Below are positions 59,852-64,000 of a stretch of DNA of 64,000 nucleotides, one piece after another (position 1 is the first letter of the stretch; each line of letters opens with the position of its first letter). The notes beneath the pieces were generated by a model that made no database searches, was not told where the DNA came from, and saw nothing but the letters and a program-made list of their open reading frames with translations. The DNA is taken from IMG/VR virus record IMGVR_UViG_3300046170_000323. One strand, 5' to 3'. The translations under genes were made by a program, and so were the position numbers. Source of the DNA: a virus (taxonomy: Duplodnaviria; Caudoviricetes).

Positions 59852-60042
59852 TGATTACTGTAGATCTAAAAGGCCCACAGGGCAATGCATTCTATCTCAT
59901 GGGTTACGCTCAGACACTCTCAGACAATCTTGGGATTGATGCAGAACCGATTATAGAAGATATGCAATCGGGTGACTATGGTCATCTTTGTGAAGTCTTC
60001 GAAGAACACTTTGGCGATTACGTGGAGTTAGTTGATGCATGA
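59851..60042 (+). CDS. hypothetical protein
   Basis: Coupled start; VDLKGPQGNAF...SGDY pattern. Confidence 0.65.
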   Translation: MITVDLKGPQGNAFYLMGYAQTLSDNLGIDAEPIIEDMQSGDYGHLCEVFEEHFGDYVELVDA

Positions 60043-60295
60043 CGTTGATGAATGGGAACAATCTGTCATTGATAATGCAGTATCTTATTCAGTAGTTGCC
60101 TTTACTCCTCAGAGAGGGTCTCAGGCGGTGCCTGAGTTACCTTCTTTTGATATTGCATATGAGACTGCAGAGAACACTCTAGCGCAAGACGGGCGTGTAC
60201 GGGCGTGCATGATATACGCAGTCAATGAATACAACAACCATGCAATGGTTGGATCTCTTAACTCTCATGGATGGACACCTGTAGAAAGGAAGTAG
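60032..60295 (+). CDS. hypothetical protein
   Basis: Overlapping start, stop abuts next ATG. Confidence 0.55.
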   Translation: MMHDVDEWEQSVIDNAVSYSVVAFTPQRGSQAVPELPSFDIAYETAENTLAQDGRVRACMIYAVNEYNNHAMVGSLNSHGWTPVERK

Positions 60296-60925
60296 ATGTC
60301 TCAACAACAACCTAAAATAGGCGGACACATTTATCGTGCGTTCCCTACACCACTGTATAGAGAAACTTTAAATCTTGATAAGACTATTATCAATCCTATC
60401 TTAAGAGATATGGAGTTCCGTAGATTGCCCAGTGATGATGGGTGGTCAAGTCCAAGTAATTATATTTTGGATGAAGATCTTGCACCTGTAAAACCTCTCA
60501 TCCAACAACAGATGGATAATTTCGGTTACAACCATATGAAATTTAAAAAGTCTCAAACCTTTGAGATAACCAACAGTTGGGTGATGAAACACAAAGAGGG
60601 TGACTTGGCTGGAATGCACTGGCATTCTAACAGTCTCTTCTCTGGTATTCTCTATCTACAATGCGATCCGCAATCTGGAGACTTGATTTTTGTTAATCAA
60701 CAAAACTGGAACAATAATATATTTTCATTTGATTATGAAGAAGACTCTCCACTAAACCAAGACTCAATTGCGACAACGCCAGGCGAAGGAGATATCATTA
60801 TCTTCCCATCCAAGACGTATCATATGGTGACACCATCTAGATCAAAAGATATGCGTTTTTGTATTGCATTTAACGTATGGGTAAGGGGAGATGTCGGTAG
60901 AAGTAACGCTCAAGTTACTCTCTGA
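60296..60925 (+). CDS. 2OG-Fe(II) oxygenase (TIGR02466-like)
   Basis: HWHSNSLFSGILY (HxH), IIIFPS..YHMV and RFCIAFN motifs. Confidence 0.85.
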   Translation: MSQQQPKIGGHIYRAFPTPLYRETLNLDKTIINPILRDMEFRRLPSDDGWSSPSNYILDEDLAPVKPLIQQQMDNFGYNHMKFKKSQTFEITNSWVMKHKEGDLAGMHWHSNSLFSGILYLQCDPQSGDLIFVNQQNWNNNIFSFDYEEDSPLNQDSIATTPGEGDIIIFPSKTYHMVTPSRSKDMRFCIAFNVWVRGDVGRSNAQVTL

Positions 60926-61069
60926 CCACTTCTAAACTCTATCCACAACTTCTCTTTCTTAGTTAAAGGGGGGCTTGAATGTATATCCCTTATGTGGGAT
61001 GAATATTCTGCCCTCTTTTTCTAATTGTTCTGGTGTTGTCTCAAAGTTGCATATTTCTATCTTTTTCAT
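60910..61069 (-). CDS. possible 52-aa protein, needs removal of one base in the G run at 60968-60973
   Basis: ATG at 61069 directly after upstream minus-strand gene. Confidence 0.3.
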
Positions 61070-61079
61070 TCTAATATCA

Positions 61080-61689
61080 CTAGTTAGCCAATGGGTTGTC
61101 TAGTGCCCTCTGTAACTTGTTAGTAATGTCAGTTTCTAATGTCGACAGATCACGTTCTACTTTGTTCTCTAAGTCAGTCATACGCTGATCATTAGACGAA
61201 CGAAGCGCATTGGGCCTTTTCATCATAATCGTTCTGAAGAGCATCCCTTTTGTTTTCAAAACGTTCTTCTGCGTTCTGAATGATTTCTCTTACTTCGTTT
61301 TCTTGTTCTCTGAGTTTGTCCTCAATTCTGTCGACAGTTTTTTCAATGCCCAGAATATCATCACGTAACCCTTGTTTAATGTCACGTGTGTATGAAATTG
61401 CCTCTTCGATACGAACTAGGTTCTCATCCATCTTAAGGATGACCTTTTCGTTCTCAGCCGCAATTGCGTCTACATCTATGTTCTGTACGATCTCTTTCAT
61501 GTCAGTATAATCTTTATATACTTCAAATGCACCGTATAACGAACCACCTATCGCACCAAGTAGTGCGAACAATGCCCCGATAGTAGTAGGGGTCATTGTA
61601 ATACCGAAGATTTTCATCTTCTTATTCTTTAATTCTTCAACCTCATTCTCAAATGCTTCAAGACCGTCACCTAAGTCTTTTTCAGCCAT
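61080..61689 (-). CDS. membrane-anchored coiled-coil protein, probable extra base at 61212-61216
   Basis: TM segment then heptads; removing one base extends ORF to ...RALDNPLAN*. Confidence 0.65.
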
Positions 61690-61992
61690 TTATTTTCCCT
61701 TTGTAGTCTTCCTTTTTTTAGACTCAACCGCATCTAAACGTTTTTCAATATCATCGATTTTCTTAGTGATCTTTGGATACTTCTTTCTCCAAGCGTCTTC
61801 TGGTTGTTCTAACCAAGTCCAACCCCAACGTTCTACTAAGAAGTCCATTGCATTGTCAAACTTCGCATACAACCACAACGCCATACGTGTCGTTGAGAAC
61901 CAAGTTGAAAATGCAAGACCAATAATCGATCCTGCTATTGCAGTATAGATCCATAGTCGATCCCCTGTCATCTGTGTAATCATATCCCACAT
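61690..61992 (-). CDS. membrane protein
   Basis: N-terminal TM helix; abuts neighbours. Confidence 0.6.
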   Translation of the reverse strand: MWDMITQMTGDRLWIYTAIAGSIIGLAFSTWFSTTRMALWLYAKFDNAMDFLVERWGWTWLEQPEDAWRKKYPKITKKIDDIEKRLDAVESKKRKTTKGK

Positions 61993-62724
61993 TACACTAC
62001 ACCCTTCGTTGCGGCGACATAGTTATCCATGCCGTGATCTTTTGCACCGTCGAGTATTCCTGATTTCCATCCTCTCCACTTATCTTTGATCATCTGCCAC
62101 GTAGTTAACTTACGGATATTACCATAAAAGTTTATATACTGTAACTTACCGTGGTGTTTGTATCCCATAATAAACAATGGAACTTTTGTTACAATGTCGT
62201 TATTGTTTACATATCTCATATGTGGAGTTGAGATGTGTTTAACGAATTTGCGTGTACCAACTCTGGGCGAACCGAAAGTTGTTAACTGTTCTACCTTTAC
62301 TGCTTCCTCTAAACGAGAAGTCGCAATCGTTGCCATTGCTGCACCAAGTGAGTGACCAGTAATATAGATCTTTTTACCTTGGTGTCCTTTAGTCTTACCG
62401 TTATCTCCGCCCCAATGTTTCATAATTGGATTCCAGAGTTTATCAGTCTCACCTCTAAAACCTGAGTGGACTAAACCGTGAGTCATTGCGCCACGTGGAA
62501 TCGCATTAAGATCTGCAAGAACATCTGAAAGTTCTGAGGGTTCTGTTCCTCTAAATGCGAGTACATATTCGTTTTTATTCCAAATTGCGTGGCATTGTGC
62601 ACCACCCTTTTCGAAAAACTTGTGTCCAGTATATCCAAGTTCTTTCATACGTGGTTTTGCTTCTTTACCGTCAAGGTACGCTAAAAGCGGCCAACTTGGC
62701 CATTTTGTGACAAACTTCTGACAT
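61992..62724 (-). CDS. class 3 lipase (alpha/beta hydrolase), probable extra base near 62685
   Basis: AFRGTE, VHSGF, ITGHSLGAAMAT, TFGSPRVG, DIVTKVP and DH motifs; true start probably ATG 62724. Confidence 0.88.
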
Positions 62725-62732
62725 TTACTCTC

Positions 62733-63173
62733 CTAGTCCGTTTCGAACTCTATGCCTCCGCCATTGTTTAATTTGCGTAGTGCATCTAATTCTGCTTGTA
62801 ACTTTAAAACTTCTAATCTTTTTTTCCTCAACTCTAATTCATATAATGAATTGCAGTTGATTCTCTGTTTTGGTTTGTCGAGAGGTATTGTTATCCTTGC
62901 ATACACACCCACGTCTCTCGAACTCTCAAATCCATCCGCACCGTTGTTGCCAAATGGACTCTCATAGTTATCTATAATACCAGTCACGCCAAATTCTAAA
63001 TTAGTAGAACCACCTATTGAGTTCTTACAATCCAAACCATCAGGAGTTCTGATACTGTCTTGTCCATAGGAACCACCTGAGTTGGGAATCGCAAGGTTGA
63101 TACCACTTGTTTCTGATTGTGCAGTTGATGAAATAAACATAATCATTAATGCACTCATAATAAACCGTTTCAT
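62733..63173 (-). CDS. secreted hypothetical protein
   Basis: Signal-peptide-like N-terminus, two Cys, C-terminal coiled coil. Confidence 0.65.
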   Translation of the reverse strand: MKRFIMSALMIMFISSTAQSETSGINLAIPNSGGSYGQDSIRTPDGLDCKNSIGGSTNLEFGVTGIIDNYESPFGNNGADGFESSRDVGVYARITIPLDKPKQRINCNSLYELELRKKRLEVLKLQAELDALRKLNNGGGIEFETD

Positions 63174-63566
63174 TTAATATAGCCTTCTCTCTTTGACCTT
63201 GGAACAAATCCTAGACTTAATTGCAGTTCGTTTCAGATTTTCTTTCCTCAGTTTAGACTTCGAACAAATGTACACAACTCTTTTTACATCTCCTCGTTGT
63301 ATATAAATTTCTATTGTCGCACTTGTTAAATATGGTATCTTATATACCTTATATTTAGATACAAATGGGATTGGTTGCCAATCTCCATCAAAAACACCCA
63401 CCTCATAATATTCCACATCACTACGTTTATTAAACATCGTCATGGTGGTAGCATAAAGCCCGTCCATGAAAGATGGTCTAAACTTAGGATATGTTGGCAC
63501 CATTTCGTGTGCGTTGACACTGGTTGTAAAAACCAGTGCCAATAAAATGTATAATGCTTTCTTCAT
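63174..63566 (-). CDS. secreted protein, possibly pilus-chaperone-like Ig fold
   Basis: Signal peptide ending VNA; beta-rich; start moved to MKKALY. Confidence 0.55.
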   Translation of the reverse strand: MKKALYILLALVFTTSVNAHEMVPTYPKFRPSFMDGLYATTMTMFNKRSDVEYYEVGVFDGDWQPIPFVSKYKVYKIPYLTSATIEIYIQRGDVKRVVYICSKSKLRKENLKRTAIKSRICSKVKERRLY

Positions 63567-63664
63567 AATCTCTTTCTTAAGTATCATCACGGACATCCAC
63601 CTAATCTTCTACATGTTGGACTAGGGTTCACTACTGGTGAAGGGGTTCCGCTAGATCCTCCCTT

Positions 63665-64000
63665 TCATTGAGCAATGCACTCAGCAGTTACAAGCGCAGT
63701 ATAGTTACCGCCTGGAAATGCTTTAGATCCACCCATAGTCGCAACAGATGAAGTCTCAAACCATGTAGATCCAGTTGCAGTCAGATCATAACGATCTGTC
63801 ATTCCAAGTTCTACCTTGTTTGTTTCGTACGATCCCATACCTGTGGCATCAGACATTGCATCTACTTCAGTATCACCAGTCCAAGTTACTACGTCTGGCA
63901 GATTTGGAGATGAACTGAATTCAGTTGGTGGCGTAATTTCTACGTAATATGCATCAGCGAGTGATACGTCCACACGAATACGTGCATCTTCACCACCATC
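63665..64000 (-). CDS. fimbrial/pilin-like beta protein, C-terminal part (truncated by window)
   Basis: Frame open to window end; ends FPGGNYTALVTAEC (G-x-Y-x-x-x-V-T strand). Confidence 0.45.
   Translation of the reverse strand, partial: DGGEDARIRVDVSLADAYYVEITPPTEFSSSPNLPDVVTWTGDTEVDAMSDATGMGSYETNKVELGMTDRYDLTATGSTWFETSSVATMGGSKAFPGGNYTALVTAECIAQ

Noticed and set aside
181-60000. Numerous minus-strand and nested alternative-frame ORFs in the track
   Set aside because: They are shadows of well-supported plus-strand genes, with Ser/Phe/Leu-biased composition and no motifs or RBS
1145-62724. About 20 frame breaks as programmed frameshifts or pseudogenes
   Set aside because: They hit essential genes (gp41, gp61, tail fibre), nearly all are repaired by deleting one base from a short run, and there are no consistent slippery heptamers; sequencing or assembly error is far more likely
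1-64000. tRNA, rRNA, intron, homing endonuclease or IS element
   Set aside because: Intergenic gaps are short and explained by promoters or small ORFs; nrdA, nrdB and thyX are uninterrupted; no transposase or HNH/GIY-YIG motifs seen

Overview
A 64 kb segment of a large T4-like (myovirus) phage genome, AT-rich and densely coding, almost all on the + strand (a minus-strand block starts at about 60.9 kb). Core genes recognised from protein motifs: gp33, gp59, gp32, UvsX, gp41 helicase, gp61 primase, RNase H, ThyX, class Ia NrdA/NrdB, two glutaredoxins, dNMP kinase, PhoH, RuvC-like and Cas4-like nucleases, a PAAR/gp5.4-like spike, a long tail fibre and an overlapping spanin pair. Accessory genes: heme oxygenase plus a PcyX-like bilin reductase, ALA synthase (hemA), YbaN, two QueC-like PP-loop proteins and many glycan-tailoring enzymes. 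hemA, the bilin cassette and the spanins point to a Gram-negative, probably alphaproteobacterial, host (inference). About 20 small indels split genes, including essential ones, so I treat them as sequence errors. Two signals stand out. (1) By manual count every CCWGG (34) and CCGG (9) overlaps a GGC/GCC, and GGWCC is absent, suggesting a protective DNA modification at GGC/GCC. (2) A block of putative capsid-packaged proteins with T4-type targeting N-termini includes a 1351-aa and a 710-aa modular protein whose module borders match prohead-protease (hydrophobic-x-E) sites; the larger carries nucleotidyltransferase, putative RNase and kinase modules. No tRNA, rRNA, CRISPR array or mobile element was recognised. 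All assignments come from reading motifs; no database search was run.
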